From Lama glama (lineage: Eukaryota): DNA of 64,000 nt. The notes beneath the pieces are model-generated. The model saw only the letters and a list, made by a program, of their open reading frames with translations, did not search any database and had not been told where the DNA came from. Positions within the stretch are counted from its first letter, which is position 1, and the number at the start of each line of letters is the position of its first letter. Made by a program: the position numbers and the translations under genes. Below, one piece after another: positions 36,335 through 49,555 of this stretch. The DNA is taken from assembly GCA_028534125.1 (NCBI GenBank), contig CM052818.1, positions 20,586,001 to 20,650,000 on the forward strand, read 5' to 3'.

Positions 36335-36990
36335 CTGGCTGACTCCATGACCTGCTTCAACCCTTGGCTCAAACCCCACCCTCTCAACGAGGCCAATGTG
36401 ACCGTACGTACTACTGACCAATCCTGCTGCAACCTGCCCAGCCCCTCACCAGCGGGGCTTTCCAGGGCCCCTTACCCTGCTTGGTATTCGTTTTCCCATA
36501 GTCTTTATGATCTTACTGCATACTATATCATTTACTATTTACTCTGTTTAGTGTTTATTGTCTGCATTCCATTGTAAGCTCCATGAATATAAGCATCTTT
36601 GTTTTTTGTAGTGATGTATCCAAAGCTCCTTGAATGGTGCCTGGAATATTGTAGACACTTTATAAATACTTGTTCAGTAAGGACCTACTGTGTAGCACAG
36701 GGAACTATTTCTTGTAATGAGATGTAATGGAAAAGAATCTGAAAAAAAAATAATATATATATATATCTGAATCGCTTTACTGTACACCTAAAACTAACAT
36801 TGTAAATCAACTACACTTCAGTAAAAATAAGAATTAAAAAATAAATATATAAATAAACACTTGTTCAATGAATGAATAAGAGCTAATATCTGTTGAGTGT
36901 TTACTATGTACTGAGTCAGGCCAGCCAACCCAGAAATGATAGTGAGTGACCAGAATCCCTGCTCTCACTGAGCTCAGAGTCAGTCAAGTA
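36335..36990. mobile_element. L2 3' fragments hosting an L1 insertion
   Basis: cctggctgactcc...tgtttattgtctgcattcc..tgtaagctccatgaa...tggtgcctgg...ttcaatgaatgaat. Confidence 0.75.
36679..36852 (+). mobile_element. Short lineage-specific L1 3' end
   Basis: ggacctactgtgtagcacagggaactat...ctgtacacctaaaactaacattgtaaatcaactacacttca plus A-rich tail; TSD ataaatacttgttcagt (36662-36678) / ataaacacttgttcaat (36853-36869). Confidence 0.9.
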
Positions 36991-37038
36991 CTTCCTTAAA
37001 CAGACTCTGAGAGAGAAATAAATTCTAACCCCCCAAGC

Positions 37039-37276
37039 CATGGGGGCAGCAAACTATGACACCTGGGGCCAAATCTCAGCCACTGCCTGTTAATGTACAT
37101 AAAATATTATCGGAATGCAGCCATTCATGTATTTATCTACTCATTTATTTGCATTGTCTATAGTTGTTTTTCTGCCACAACAGCATAGTTGAATTGCTTT
37201 GACCCAGACTGTACAGTGCACAAAGCTGAAAACATTTCCTATCTGGCTCTTTGGAGCAAAAAGGGGCCAATTCCTG
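37039..37276. mobile_element. MER58A-like hAT-Charlie MITE
   Basis: ggggcagcaaactatg...gggccaaatc...cacaaagctgaaaacatttcctatctggctcttt...gccaattcctg. Confidence 0.85.
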
Positions 37277-37399
37277 ATCTAGGGCGTCCATTCATTATAA
37301 TGAATTAGTATTTCTTCTGTTCGTATAAAATTATGCTAGTTACTTACCACCCTTAGGAGAACTGAGAAAATAGTCATTCATGTCATTTTTTTGTTCCGT

Positions 37400-37583
37400 G
37401 GTTCAGGGAGGAATTCTATTTGAGAAAGAGAGTGAAAGACAAATAAACAGTAAAATATCAAATAATGTGTTAAGTACTGACAGGGGAAAGCAGGGCAAGA
37501 TACCATAGAGGCACATAGAAAAAGCTGCACGTAGCCTGACTTAGAGGATCCAGGAAGGCTTCCTGGAGGAAGTGACATCCAAA
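37400..37583 (-). mobile_element. L2 fragment
   Basis: agacaaataaacagtaaaata...caggaaggcttcctggaggaagtgacat. Confidence 0.7.
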
Positions 37584-37585
37584 GT

Positions 37586-37609
37586 GTTGTTGTTGTTGTT
37601 GTTGTTGTT
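37586..37609. repeat. (GTT)n microsatellite
   Basis: About 8 GTT units. Confidence 0.9.
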
Positions 37610-40149
37610 ACCAGCACTACTACTGCTCAAAATAAGCTATTTGCAAAACACATAACAAAACAGACTGTGATAAACCTAAAATAACATGGTCAATGAGCAA
37701 TTATATTATATTTGATTATTTAGTATGTAATCTTCTGATTGTATGACAGGTACTCTAAAGCATAAAGCTATCTTGTGAGTTGATACTAGCACACAAAGAG
37801 TCTCAAAATAGCCAAGACTTTTAACATTATTAGTCTTGGTAGAATGTACTCACATTGGCATTCAGGGTTCATCTACAGAAAAGCCCAGATTCCTGAAACA
37901 TGACTGTCCTCAACCTCCACATATGGGGCCTCTTGTCTGTCATGGGGTGACCAGGGCCCCCTATATTTTCTCCTACCCTCCAATAACAGTTTGTCTCAGG
38001 TAAAGCTCTTATAAATTTCACTTATACTGATGTTCAAATGACTGATAAGATGGTATGGTCTTTTTCTATGACATCTGTACTTTAACCTAGTCATAAAAAG
38101 GTTTAAGTTACAGGAAAGCCTTTCTAAGGGTAGAATTTCAAGGGCAGTGTTGGAAGGCAGGACAGGCCTCTGTGGAGTGGGAAGCTATCCCTCATGCTCA
38201 ATTTGCATCACAGATGGCAGTCTGCTATAGGAGGAAAATCCAGGAGTTCCAAGGGCCATCTCTCCAGGCCCTACATTTATACATCAGACCCATACAAGCC
38301 ATACTACTACTGATGGTCCTAAAAGATTGATCAGAAAACCACAGGGGATGAGGCTGCTCTTTCAAAGAAAACATTCTGGGCCCAAGAGGCTGAGCTGTGA
38401 GAAGTAGGTAATCACTTCAGCAAGGGGCCTCCACCTATAAACCACAGGAAAATACCACATGTCAATCAAAGACAAATACTGTGTGTCTCTCAGTTAAGTC
38501 ATACCTCACTCTCCTGACAGTAGTTGTAATATCCATCCTCTGCTCTAAAAGTGAGAGTGCTAACTGATCGCTGTAATCAACAGGCCCCAAAACTCACCAG
38601 CTTACTGGTCCCTAGGCTAACCCCAGGGGCCACCTCCTTCCTGCAAGTTCTTCCTGGTTCCAAATCGCCCAAGCGTCCACTATTTTCCACATTCCTATTT
38701 CCTTCACCTCAAAATTTTCATTATCAGCCTCCATGTGTTGTTTCACACCAGTGGGATTTGGTTTCCTTTCAGGTAAATCCAGCCAATATCATTTTCATGG
38801 CCCAGGAATGTAAAAATTTATTTGTAAAACATTTTACAAATAATAGCTCTCTGTCTCCCATGATCTGTTGGGCTGACACACAAAGTTGATTTCTTTTTGT
38901 TGAGAGAAGTGTCTCTTAAGAGGCAGAAAAGAAACTGGTAGTGATGAAAGCTCTTGACAGTTAAAAATGTTGTGCTCTGTTAAGCCCCAAATAGCAATTT
39001 AGGCTCAGTGTCCTTGGTAACGCAACTGTGCCCCGAGTGTTGTTCTTCTGTTGTGTGGTTTCCACTTTTCTTCCTCTTTTCTAATACAAGGTTAACAAAG
39101 GGACTGAAAAACATCCACCCTTGCCAGTGTTGTTGAACTATAAAATTGTGACGCTATATCCTTCAAAAAACGTAAACTCTTCCTGTGACCCCAGGATCTC
39201 CTCCGTAGTGATCTGTTTCTCTCATAAGAACCTAGATGGGTCTAGAACCCTGCCTCCAGTCTGGTGGGCTCCTAAGCCATTGCTAAGCCTGCCCACTTTG
39301 GGGTGAGGTGAAAGTCTTACCCTTGTGAAGGATGACCAGAGCGTCCCTCAGCCTCCACTCTGGCCTGCATCATCGTCAGCATACAGGCTGGTCCATCGGA
39401 CTACCAACGCCCCTTGGACTATTTTCTGCCCAAACTTGAAAAATAAGCCCCCATGGAGGACGAAGACTCTGGAGCAGCCCAGAATCTTCAGTATAAATTC
39501 AAAAATAGCATTCTTGAGAATACAGATCCCTTCAATACTGTGCAAAAATTCACATAAGGCAGAGGTCAGTGATCATAGCTTTATGGGGTCTGAGTAATAC
39601 CTTCAGGCAACTGAAATAGGAAGGGGAGAAGGAAAATAGAAAAGAGAATGAAAGGGAGAGACACAGATGCATATTGTGAAGGATGCAGGCAAGAGCCCCT
39701 CAGCTAGCTTGGCACCACATCTGCACTGGCATATATATCCTAGGCTGTCCATGTTGGGAACACGCTCTTCGACAATAAAGATGATGCAACTGACTCCTGC
39801 CAAGAAGACATGTGCTTGAGTTGGGGACGGGTTTCATGGAGTCTGCCATTCACTTTCTCTCTACTCTGTCTTGCTTAGTCTCTCATGAGCCAATGCATTG
39901 TGTCCTCCACTGCCCTAACTGCCTCACTTAACCAGCCCAGGATTCCTGGTACCAGTGATGTTCTATCAGCCCTCTTATGTGCCCAGGATGAGGATTCTGA
40001 ACCACTGAAAAGGTTCCAAAGGAAGGAGTCCAAACTCCTGAGCCATCATGGCAGCCACGTACCTTTGTACCATAGTAGAGAGGGAGGTCCCCGGTGGGAG
40101 AGGGGAGAGGAGAGAGGGGTGGAAGTGGGGGAATAAGTGGGAATGTGGG

Positions 40150-40375
40150 AAACAGTGCAGCACAGCCTAACTGTTAAGAGCTACTGCTCTAGGGTCACCG
40201 TGTTCTGAGTTCAAATCTCTGCACCATTACCCGTTAACATCTGACTCCAACCACTTACTCAACCTCTCTAACCTAACTTTAAAGGAGGGATGACAATAAC
40301 ACCCCCCTCATCCAGTTGTTACAAGAAATAAGTAACGTGAGGCATGAAAAGCACTTAGCACAGGGCCTCAATAAG
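40150..40375 (+). mobile_element. MIR SINE
   Basis: gttaagagc...ctgagttcaaatctctgc...gcatgaaaagcacttagcacagggc. Confidence 0.75.
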
Positions 40376-43069
40376 AGGTAGTTATACTTTTCTCACTGAA
40401 AAAAACATGAACTGGTAAAGAGGGACTTGGACTTGAATTGGACAGTCTGGGTTTTTAGTTCCCTGTTTGTCAAATGAGGGGCTTATAATTAAGTGTTCTT
40501 TTCAGCTATTCCAGAAGTCTGTGATGAACAGGTAAAGACTAAAACATGAGCATTACAGTTGTAAAATAAAATGACACCTGCTAGTAGCACATTAGCCACC
40601 ATCAAAGGAAGCTACATGCACAACAGGGTCGTGTGAAGACTGAGTCTGTGCGTCTGGTGTGGGAGGGTGGGGGAGCGGTGCTGGTGAGGGTGGGGTGCTG
40701 CTGGTCAACCACAGCTGGCACTGCTTGCATTGTTATTCTTGGGCTTTTTAGACCAGCATTCAGAGAAGTTTCTGGCCATCGAGGTACCCAGCAGGCAATT
40801 AGGGTCTTGTTAAAACAGTTTCCCCTGAGACCAGGAGGGAGAGATGTCTCTTTACTCTAACCTTGATTCTCTGCCCTTTGAAGCCAAAACCCACAATGCC
40901 TTTAATTTAGACAGAATGGCTTCTCACCCATCATCTTACTCCCTTAATGGACTACAAAGGGCTTTCAGAAAGGATGTGAAGTCACACTTTAAAAAACACA
41001 CTTAAACAGAGTGCCAGGCATAGTATTTACATGATACACCCCCTCCCTAAGCCTAGCTTAAACCAGTGACAGTTTTAGTGTCAATGGTGTCCTTCTTGGT
41101 CCAGAGTTCTGTCTGATACAGTGTGAAAATACATGCCCAAATGTGGAGCCAAGAAGCAGAGACCACTGCAATGGCAAGAAACCAGTGCCATCAGGGCTCA
41201 AATGACAGCCAGCACATCTGGGCGGAATGACAGAAGTTGCACAAAAGCTTGGCCAAATCCTCTAAGCTACTAGGAGTGCCCTCCCTCCCAGTCCAAATCC
41301 TCTTATCCTTCCAGGCAGAGTTCAAGCCCTCCCTCTCCTAGCAGCCTCTGCTGATAGCACTGCGCCCAGTGATCTCCCCCGTTAGAGACACTGCTCACAT
41401 TCACTGCCGTGTGCTCACTGGACACATAGAACATTCTGCCATCACTTGTCTTCTGTCCTCAACACACATCTCCTTCTCCCGAAAAGATTCCCAAAGGGTT
41501 TTATTGTATCTCCCATATCACCTTGAACTTGGCTCACATTGAATAAATAACAGTGGCCTACATGGATAAGTAAACCATTCTTAACATACACGTCATTTTC
41601 TTCTCAAGAGAAGATAGCACCACTGGCCTAATATAGATTAACTGTGCCCAGTCAGAGAAAATTCATTTCACTTTGGGCAGATAAGGAACTGTACTGTGAC
41701 ACACATCAGGGCATGCACCTTCACCCAGAAAATTTTCTCAGTGAATGGCAGGTCGATTAATAAGAACTCTAAGGCCAAAGCTTAAAGTGAATAGAGCTTG
41801 ACAATATGAAGCCTTCACATACATTCCTATTCCTGTTTCCCATCAGGAAAGTGAGGCTCAGGAAGGTTAAGTGGCTTGCCCGAAGTCACTCAGCTAACAA
41901 ACAGCCAAGTCTGCGCTAGAATCCAGTTCCAATTCCCTTTGCACTGCCCTACAGCCATGCTACAAACACGTCCCGCCCTCCACCGTGCCACCTGGGAAAA
42001 CAGGAGGCCTGAAGCACAGCTGTCAGTAGGCAAAGGCTCCCAGGACATATCTGATTCCTTAAACCAGCCATATTTTTGTAAGCAAAATAGATCTTGAGAA
42101 GCAAAACTATGCAGTGGAGACCCCAGCACACCATCCAGGATCTGAAGCCAGGCAGTGGTAACTGGAGATTCTAGTCCATTTAAACTGCTCACAAAACAAG
42201 AACTAAAATCAGGATCTCCTAAAAGAATGTTGAGAACAGCCCATGTCATCACAGCATGAAGAAATTAAATGAACATGCGTTGGAATGTTAAACTCAAAAC
42301 CAGTAAGCTGTCCTGAGCAGCAGCAAATCCACAGCGCGAAGAAGTCAATGGTGAATCATGACCATCCGCAGGGCAAACTGGTTAGGAAAAAGGACAGTCC
42401 CTTCCCCGTGACCAGCACCAAGCAGCACACACTTAACCTAGAGCTCAGAAGCCAGGAGCACATCTGTGATGAAAATCAACACTCAAACCTCAGGCCCTGG
42501 ACGATCCCTGGGCACATGCAGGCATCCTCTAATTATTACTGTGAAAACACTTACGAACAGGGGCCTGGACTCACGGGAGCCTCTTCTCCCCTAGTGCATA
42601 TTTTAACAGGGAGGATTCACAGCATTGTCTCCCAGGAATCTCTAGGGGTGGGAAACCACATGTGTAAACCATGTGGACTGAAAGCTCCAAGAGGGTAAAA
42701 GTCGCCTCTCAGACTCTCCTTGTCTCCCACTGTCAGGAAACAGAGAATAAATGCTGTTAACTTAGCTGCTAACCGATGACAATGCATTCCTGAGTTTCTA
42801 TGAAGAGAGCCACGAGGTGCCTTTGTTACACACAAAAGGTGAGATTAGAACTCCAAATGGAAACAGGCCAGATCTGTCACCAGCACTGAATCACACCCGG
42901 TTAGTACACTCAGACTCAAGAGTTGGACCGCGCGATCATTCCAGGAAGTGAAAGGATGGGGTCCCATCTGCTCTCTTTCTTCTTCCCGTTTTCCCATGGA
43001 GACCCACCAAGACCATCAACCTGAGTTCAGCACTCTCTTCTGCCTACATGTAAGTTTTATGGGTCCTAG

Positions 43070-43717
43070 CAGTGGTTCCCAAACTGTGGTCCATGGGCCC
43101 CTGGGGGGTCCCTGAGACCTTTTCAGTTGGTCTGCAAGGTTGAAATGATTTTCAGAATAATACAAACACATTTTTTTTGGTCTCTTTCACGCTCATACTC
43201 TCCGGAGTGTCCAGTGGAGTTTTGAGGGGCTACACAACGTGCAATATGGCAACAATGCAGAAGCCGACAGAAGAATCCAGCTGACGTCTATTAAGCCAGA
43301 CATTGAAAGAGATCTGCAAAACTTTAAAACAATGCCATGCTTCTAAGATTTTTATTTTGGAAAATGCAGTTAAATTTCATAAAAATACTCTCTTGACAGT
43401 GGGGAGGGTATAGCTCAAGTGGAGCACATGCTCAGCATGCATGAGGTTTTGGGTTCAATCCCCAGTACCTCCTCTAACAAATAAAGAAATAAATCTAATT
43501 ACCTCCCCCCTCTAAAAAAAAATCTCTCTTAGATTAACATGTAATGGGTTTATTTTTAATTATTAAACTGTATTGGTTTTCATTTTAATGAGGTAAATAT
43601 CAACAGATAAAACCCACATAAACAAAAAACCCTCTGGAGTTCTCAATAACTTTTAAAATATTTAAATTGAAATAATTTAAATTTTCCTCTTGAGACCCAA
43701 AAGTTTGAGAACTACCA
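43070..43717. mobile_element. hAT-Charlie non-autonomous element (MER119-like)
   Basis: TIRs cagtggttcccaaact / agtttgagaactacca; internal gaatccagctgacgtctattaagccagacattgaaagagat. Confidence 0.8.
43401..43520 (+). mobile_element. tRNA-Ala-derived SINE (Vic-1-like, long form) nested in the Charlie element
   Basis: ggggagggtatagctcaagtgg...gggttcaatccccagtacctcc, extra 3' block aataaatctaattacctcccccc, A tail; approximate TSD aaaaat(a)ctctctt. Confidence 0.85.
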
Positions 43718-44039
43718 GTTCCTAAGAAAGATGCTCGCATCCCATCTGTTTCTTAAGAAACTAAATCTGAATAACCCTGCTGCTTTCTGCTCATCAGACC
43801 CTGCTCATCCTTCAGGTCTAGTTCAAGCTTCACATTCTCCTCCAAATCTTCCAGATGACCCAGCCTTCCGAGAATTCCACCCTCTGATCACCCCTGGCAA
43901 CTAGTTTTTCCATGCCACCTAGCATTTCATCATACACTGCTCTGTGACATCCCCTGCATTATTGTCCTGGGTTATGTAACTCCTGTTGTTATTTAACTTT
44001 CCCCGAGGGTGTGTCTTGCTTCCTGAGGCAACGTGAAAC

Positions 44040-44130
44040 TGTGAAAATGGGTCCAATTCCCAGCTCTGCGGCTTAACTAGCGGCTGACCTTGGGCAACTT
44101 ACAAAGCCTCAGTTTCCTCAGTTCTAAAAT
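44040..44130 (+). mobile_element. MIR fragment
   Basis: aattcccagctctg...tgaccttgggcaacttac...gcctcagtttcctcag. Confidence 0.75.
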
Positions 44131-45432
44131 GCCGAGTAGGCAGACTTCCTGTGAACCACGGGCAATTACCTGCTTTTCCAACACCGCTTAACTCAGGATT
44201 TTCCTGAGAACAAACAACTGTACCAATCTTGAGCACCAAGCGAGGTGCTGGTGTGCAGGAAGCTGATCAGCCTTCCCCAACTACGCTGCCATGACAGGCA
44301 GAAACGGCCTTAACTATCACTCACACTTACTAGGTGAATGAATGAATGATGCGTGAATTAATGCACACAGTTTGGGTCTCACCAGAGTACAGTATGCCCT
44401 CCTAGAGGGATACTTGGAAACAAGTGCCGGCAAAGAGGGCTACTGGCTTTTAGTGAGCACGAATTATTGGTGTTTAGTGGACGGGGACCCACCTAAGAGT
44501 CGCTCCACCCAAATGTCACAGATTTCTATTTCAGAAGTGAACTTCATCATCTCAGTGTTCTAATGTTTCTCACTTACTCAGAGAAGAAGAGGCTCCTCAG
44601 AGTTTCTCCCCAAGCCATTCCTAGGGGGTCTCCAGGGTGTCCTCAAATTCCCTAGGAGGAATTCCATCTCCTCCAATCTCCCAGGTAGTTAGTTCTGTTA
44701 CCAACCAGTAGGCTGAAATGATGGCGCTCACTTACTCTAACCGCCCAAAGGGGTGGGGAGGCTCCCAGCTTTGGGGCGTGTCTCGTTCACCTAGAGCAGC
44801 TCACCAGCTCTCAGCCCTCCAGCTCCATCCCTCCCTCCCTCTCTGGCAGGCAGCCCACAGCGCCATCAGAGAGGCAGGAAGCAGCCAAGGAATGCTGTTA
44901 CTGTGTGAATTCAGATTCCGCTGCCTTGGACTGTGATCCCTGGGAAGGGACTTTAGCAAGCAAGCCCTGTGTGAAGGCAGGACAGACAATCTGAGTATCT
45001 TAATTGTTTTCTGGGGAGCCATGATTTGTTTGATCTAGACTGCAAAGGAGGGAGAGACAATTTCCTCTAAGCCATAGCCTCATGCTATGGGTGTTTAACA
45101 ACTATATATGATATATTGTGCACATATGTTTTAGACGTATCGAACCTTGAAATATTTGTTAGATAAAACCCTGACCCTGCCTTTCAAATGCAACCCACCA
45201 TCAGTTCATCCATCCATCCACTCGGTACACATTTCCCAAGTGCCTACTGCCCACCATTGCTTTCCCAAGAGTGGAAAAGAGCTGGATGAAAGAAAGACGG
45301 GCAGATGCCCAAACAGCTCTTCCTGTGCCCGCCTGACACCCTGCGGGTATGGGCTAAAGGGTTGTCATGTCAGCACTCCAACCTCCATTGATATCCTCCT
45401 TAAGAAAAAACTTTAAAATATGAAACATAGTT

Positions 45433-45564
45433 GGCGGTGGAGGGGTATAGCTCAGTGGTATGGTGCATGTTTAGCATGCATGAGGTCCTGGGTTCAATCC
45501 CCTGTACCTCCATCTAAAAAAAAAAAGAAAGGAGGGGAAAGAAAAAAGAGAGAGAGAAAAAAAA
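45433..45564 (+). mobile_element. tRNA-Ala-derived SINE (Vic-1-like)
   Basis: ggggtatagctcagtggta...ttagcatgcatgaggtcctgggttcaatcccctgtacctcca plus A/G-rich tail; exact TSD gaaacatagtt at 45422-45432 and 45565-45575. Confidence 0.9.
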
Positions 45565-45956
45565 GAAACATAGTTTGCCCTCTAACAATTAAACTGTAAG
45601 ATCAACATACTAATGAATCAGTGCAAAAATAAGCAGAGTGTCTCAAAAAAGTCAGAGGCTGGGAATGGGGGCTGGGGGTCGGGGAGGACCAGCAAAGGGA
45701 ATGAAGGAAGAGGGAGATCTCAAAGCATCCAATGACAGTGCCCAGTCCAGCATGGACTGCAGGAGAGGGGATCCTGTGGCGGGAAAGGATGCTGCAGGCC
45801 TTCTCCACCTATTGCTAATAAACCATTTCTTTCAAACTTTAGACTAACATTGAATTCTCCCTGATGAACTGGCACTCTGACTTAAGACATCAATTGCAAG
45901 CACTTGGTTACCATTAGCTGCCCCCAAACGGCTGGAGCCTTTCTCATGTTCTAACC

Positions 45957-46171
45957 TAGTGGTTCCCAGTGAGGGGCATTTCACCCTGTATGGGGGCATG
46001 TGGGAACATCTGGAGACATTTTTAATTGTCACAACTGGCAAGGAGATGTGATTAGCATCTAGTGGGTAGAGACTAGGGATGTCGCTAAACATCCCACAAT
46101 GTACAGAACAGCTCCCACAATAAAGAGCTGTCTGCTCTAAAATGCCAATAGTGCTGAGGCTGGGAAATCTG
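45957..46171. mobile_element. MER20 hAT-Charlie element
   Basis: tctggagacatttttaattgtcacaactgg...gcatctagtgggtagagactagggatgtcgctaaacatcc...aaatgccaatagtgctgaggctgggaaa. Confidence 0.9.
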
Positions 46172-47698
46172 TAAATCCATGGTCTCCGTCTGCAAGGGGG
46201 AGATCTTGATAAACTGACCAAAACAACAAATGCCACCCTAAGAGGTCATCAGCCTTTGAAGGGGCCCCATCTCTGTTCACAGGTACAAAAGAAGTCTTTC
46301 CTTTAATGTCCAAAAATAGACAGCCTGGGGCTGGGCACAAAGGCCGGTCACCCACAGAATGACCCCGTGTTAACGGGCATCCTTGGCCCTGTCCTCCACC
46401 TACTTAGTTCACAGATACATGAAGCCATGTACACAGACTGTCATTTGAGGAATTATGACCAGCTTGTGAAAGCAGCCAGGTTAGTGGGTACTGAGCCCCT
46501 CAGTTGCCTCCTAATCCTCAGGGGCTCCCACCACAGGAGAAGCAGCAGAAGACGTGAATGTTGGTCACAGACAACTTCAGTGGACTAAACACTGTCATCG
46601 CAACTATGAAGCCTCAGTATCCTCTTCCTGAAGTCGAGATAGATTAAAGACCTCAGACGGAAGGGATACCTTGTTCTCCGTGGGCCCAGCAGATACGCAC
46701 AAAGACGAGTTGTGCCTTAGGGGGAAGCCAATACTGGTTTCTTATGCAAGCAAAATGTTCCTGTGTATGTATCTATGTTGACACACAAGTGCCCACGTGT
46801 AGACAGATAGAAAAAGATGGATGATGAATAAGTAGACAGATGGTTGACTGATGGATTGAGAGAGACTCCAAAGTAGCTGGTATTTTAGTGGGGCTTCCTA
46901 ACTCAAGGTCCAGCTCTCCCTCCCATCCAATGACACCGACACAACAACAACTCGGAGGCCAGAGAAGCTGCACTCGGGGTGGTGAATGAGAGGATTAAGC
47001 CCTTCCTCCCTCAAGCAGTGATGTCATCCTCAACCAGGCCCAGCCTATGCTGGGAGGTGGAGGACACAGTGGGAGCCCTGTCAGTCTCCTCAAGGACCTT
47101 GAACAGGTTGGGGCAGCTATCACCATGGCACTGGCCTTGACCTTTGAAAGCTGGAGAAACGACCGTTCCCAAGGATTCTAATTCTGCCTGAGCCCCTCTG
47201 AAGGTGGATAAAAGATAACTAAAGAGAGGGAGGAAGGGAAAGGAAGGGTTTGCAGGCTTCCAAAGGCACTTCCCAGGTTAAAAACGGAAAACCTGATTTG
47301 GACAAGAGGAACTCGACTGAGAGTGTGGGGCACAGCCCTGGGAAGAGAGGCCTGTGTGCCTCTCCCCGGGAGGGAGGGTTCAGGAATGCCGTGAGGTGAG
47401 AGGCTCCAGGGACAAAGTGCAGAAAGGGAGAACGAGCAATAACGACAGGGTTTGTGGGCTTCAGTTTGCCTTCAGCTAACACTGCTCACCTTGTCCCAAA
47501 CATCAGACCCCATCCTGACCCAAAAATAGGAGCAAGAGGAAATCACTGAGTCACCGGAGAGAGGCAGGTTATTTGGTGAGGAAAGATGGCAAGAAGGAAG
47601 GGAAAAATGAACTAGCAGGCAAGAGGTAGGAGAAGCAAGATGGCTTGGGCCATGCTGATAAAAAGTGAGCAACCCCCACCCCCGCTGCCGCCACCCTG

Positions 47699-47731
47699 CC
47701 ACACACACACACGCACACACACACGTACACA
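47699..47731. repeat. (CA)n microsatellite, interrupted
   Basis: CA run with CG interruptions. Confidence 0.85.
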
Positions 47732-49169
47732 TGCCATTATTCCCTGGGAGCCAGTGAGAGCTCTCAGGACAGGAAGGAGGTGTGGTGGTACGGGCTCTGG
47801 AGCCCAACAGACCTGGGCTTAAAGCGTGGTTCCATCAGAGAAACCAAGTGCTCCTGGGAGAGGTGGTTTGCTTCCTGGGACAGGTACCTGCTCTGCAAGG
47901 TGGCGACAAGGCCCTCCTCCCAGGGCTGTGAGGCCGGTGGTGGTGCAAGTGAGACAAGGGCTCTCAGAATCCATCCATCTATGGTCCCCCCTTCCCCACT
48001 CACCCCATCTTCACCCCCTCACCATACAGACTTTATCTCCAAAAGACATCCAACTCCTTAGAATATACTAGTCTGCTTCTATGGAGACAGGAGACTGACA
48101 CTCCTAGACAATTCCAGAAGCCAAGTCTTTGGGAGAGATGGCAGGAGTCCCCTGTTCCTCAGAAGCACCATGACAATGAGGGACAACAGATGGATGAAAA
48201 CAGGAGGTGAGGGTTCTCCTCCAGGAGAAAGGGCTGGAATTGGCCAGAGAGAAAACCAACCATGTCCTTAAGGACACTGGTTTCCCCAGGGGTCTGAAAG
48301 TGGGTGATACAATTTAAGCTTTATTAGCTCCTCCTGGGGCTGTCAAGGGGCACCAGGTGCTGAAGGACAAGAGAAGCTCCCCCCCGACAGAGCTTAAGTC
48401 TGGCAGGAGTGACAAGACCATGGGGACAGTTCATAGCAAAAGACAACAGAGTACGGACCAAAGATGCCCAACAAAGCCACATACACAGCTGCATACCCTC
48501 GGCACTCAAAAAATATTTGCTGAGTAAATGAGTTATTCACTCAATTCACAGCTTTGATTCGCCTGCCTCTGGAAAACCTCTGTGAAGCCTAGTCCCATTT
48601 TCTGCCACGGAACAATTCCAGCCTGTTTCAAGGAAAACAACAAAGCCTGGGGAGGACCCTGTAAAGGCTGGAAGCCCTGAGGCCGAGAGCTGAGCTGTCT
48701 TGTGGTTGTCAGCCCAGCCCAAGCACGCGGACCGTGAGGCTGACTGGCTTACTCACAGACGTGACAGATATTAGCACTCGGGCCACAGGCAATGCCTCAG
48801 GTCTGCCTTGGTTCTGAGGGGCACAAAAATTAGACTCCAAGAAAGCCAAGAGTTTCCAGGACAGGCTCAGTGGCCTCAAGGCCCATCCCCTGAGTCAGGG
48901 AGGTCAGGGAAGTCTAACCATCATCCCCCAGGCTCCTCCTCACACGTTCTGTACTCTCCACAGGGAAAGGCCATCACCTCTTTAACAGGCTTAACGGTGG
49001 TGAGCCAAGAAAACGTCTTACTAGACCACAGCAAAACGAGGCAGGAAGGGAGGTAGGAAGGAAAGAAGGGAGACAGAAAGACAGATATTGTTTTGAGTTT
49101 TTCATAAAATTGAATATATTTGAAGAGCCATCCTTTATTCTAGATATGTCTGTCTTACTTTTTCAATTT

Positions 49170-49555
49170 TCTATCTTGAACACACCAAGTCCTTTCCCAC
49201 CTCAGGGCCTTTGCACATGCAGTTTCCTCGGGAACTGGAACACTTAACACCATTTCCACATCCAGCTCCCTCTCTTCCTCTATGTCTCAGTTTGTCCCTT
49301 CCACAGGGAGGCCTTCCCTAAACAAGCCACTGGAAGGCAACCTCGTCTCCTCACCTTGATCTTGACCCCTTGTTTTTCTTCAAATTCTTTCTTAGAACGT
49401 GCATTTATTTATTGGCTTGTTTCATGTCAATCCCCACCCAACTCGAAGTCCCATTAGAGCAGGGGCCATACCTGTCTTGTTTGCCATTAAACAGTCACTA
49501 TTCAGTACAGCATTTGGAGCATACCAGCTCTCAATAAATGCTATCCAATTACTGA
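49170..49555 (+). mobile_element. L2 3' end
   Basis: cctcagggcctttgcacatgcagtttcctc...agggaggccttccct...gagcaggggcc...tgtcttgttt...ctcaataaatg. Confidence 0.85.

Noticed and set aside
39321..39382. Minus-strand ATG-to-donor mini exon (MLTMMQARVEAEGRSGHPSQ, AGG|gtaaga); isolated donors also near 13060, 47497 and 54998
   Set aside because: Lone donor consensus matches are common; there is no recognised peptide or promoter support.
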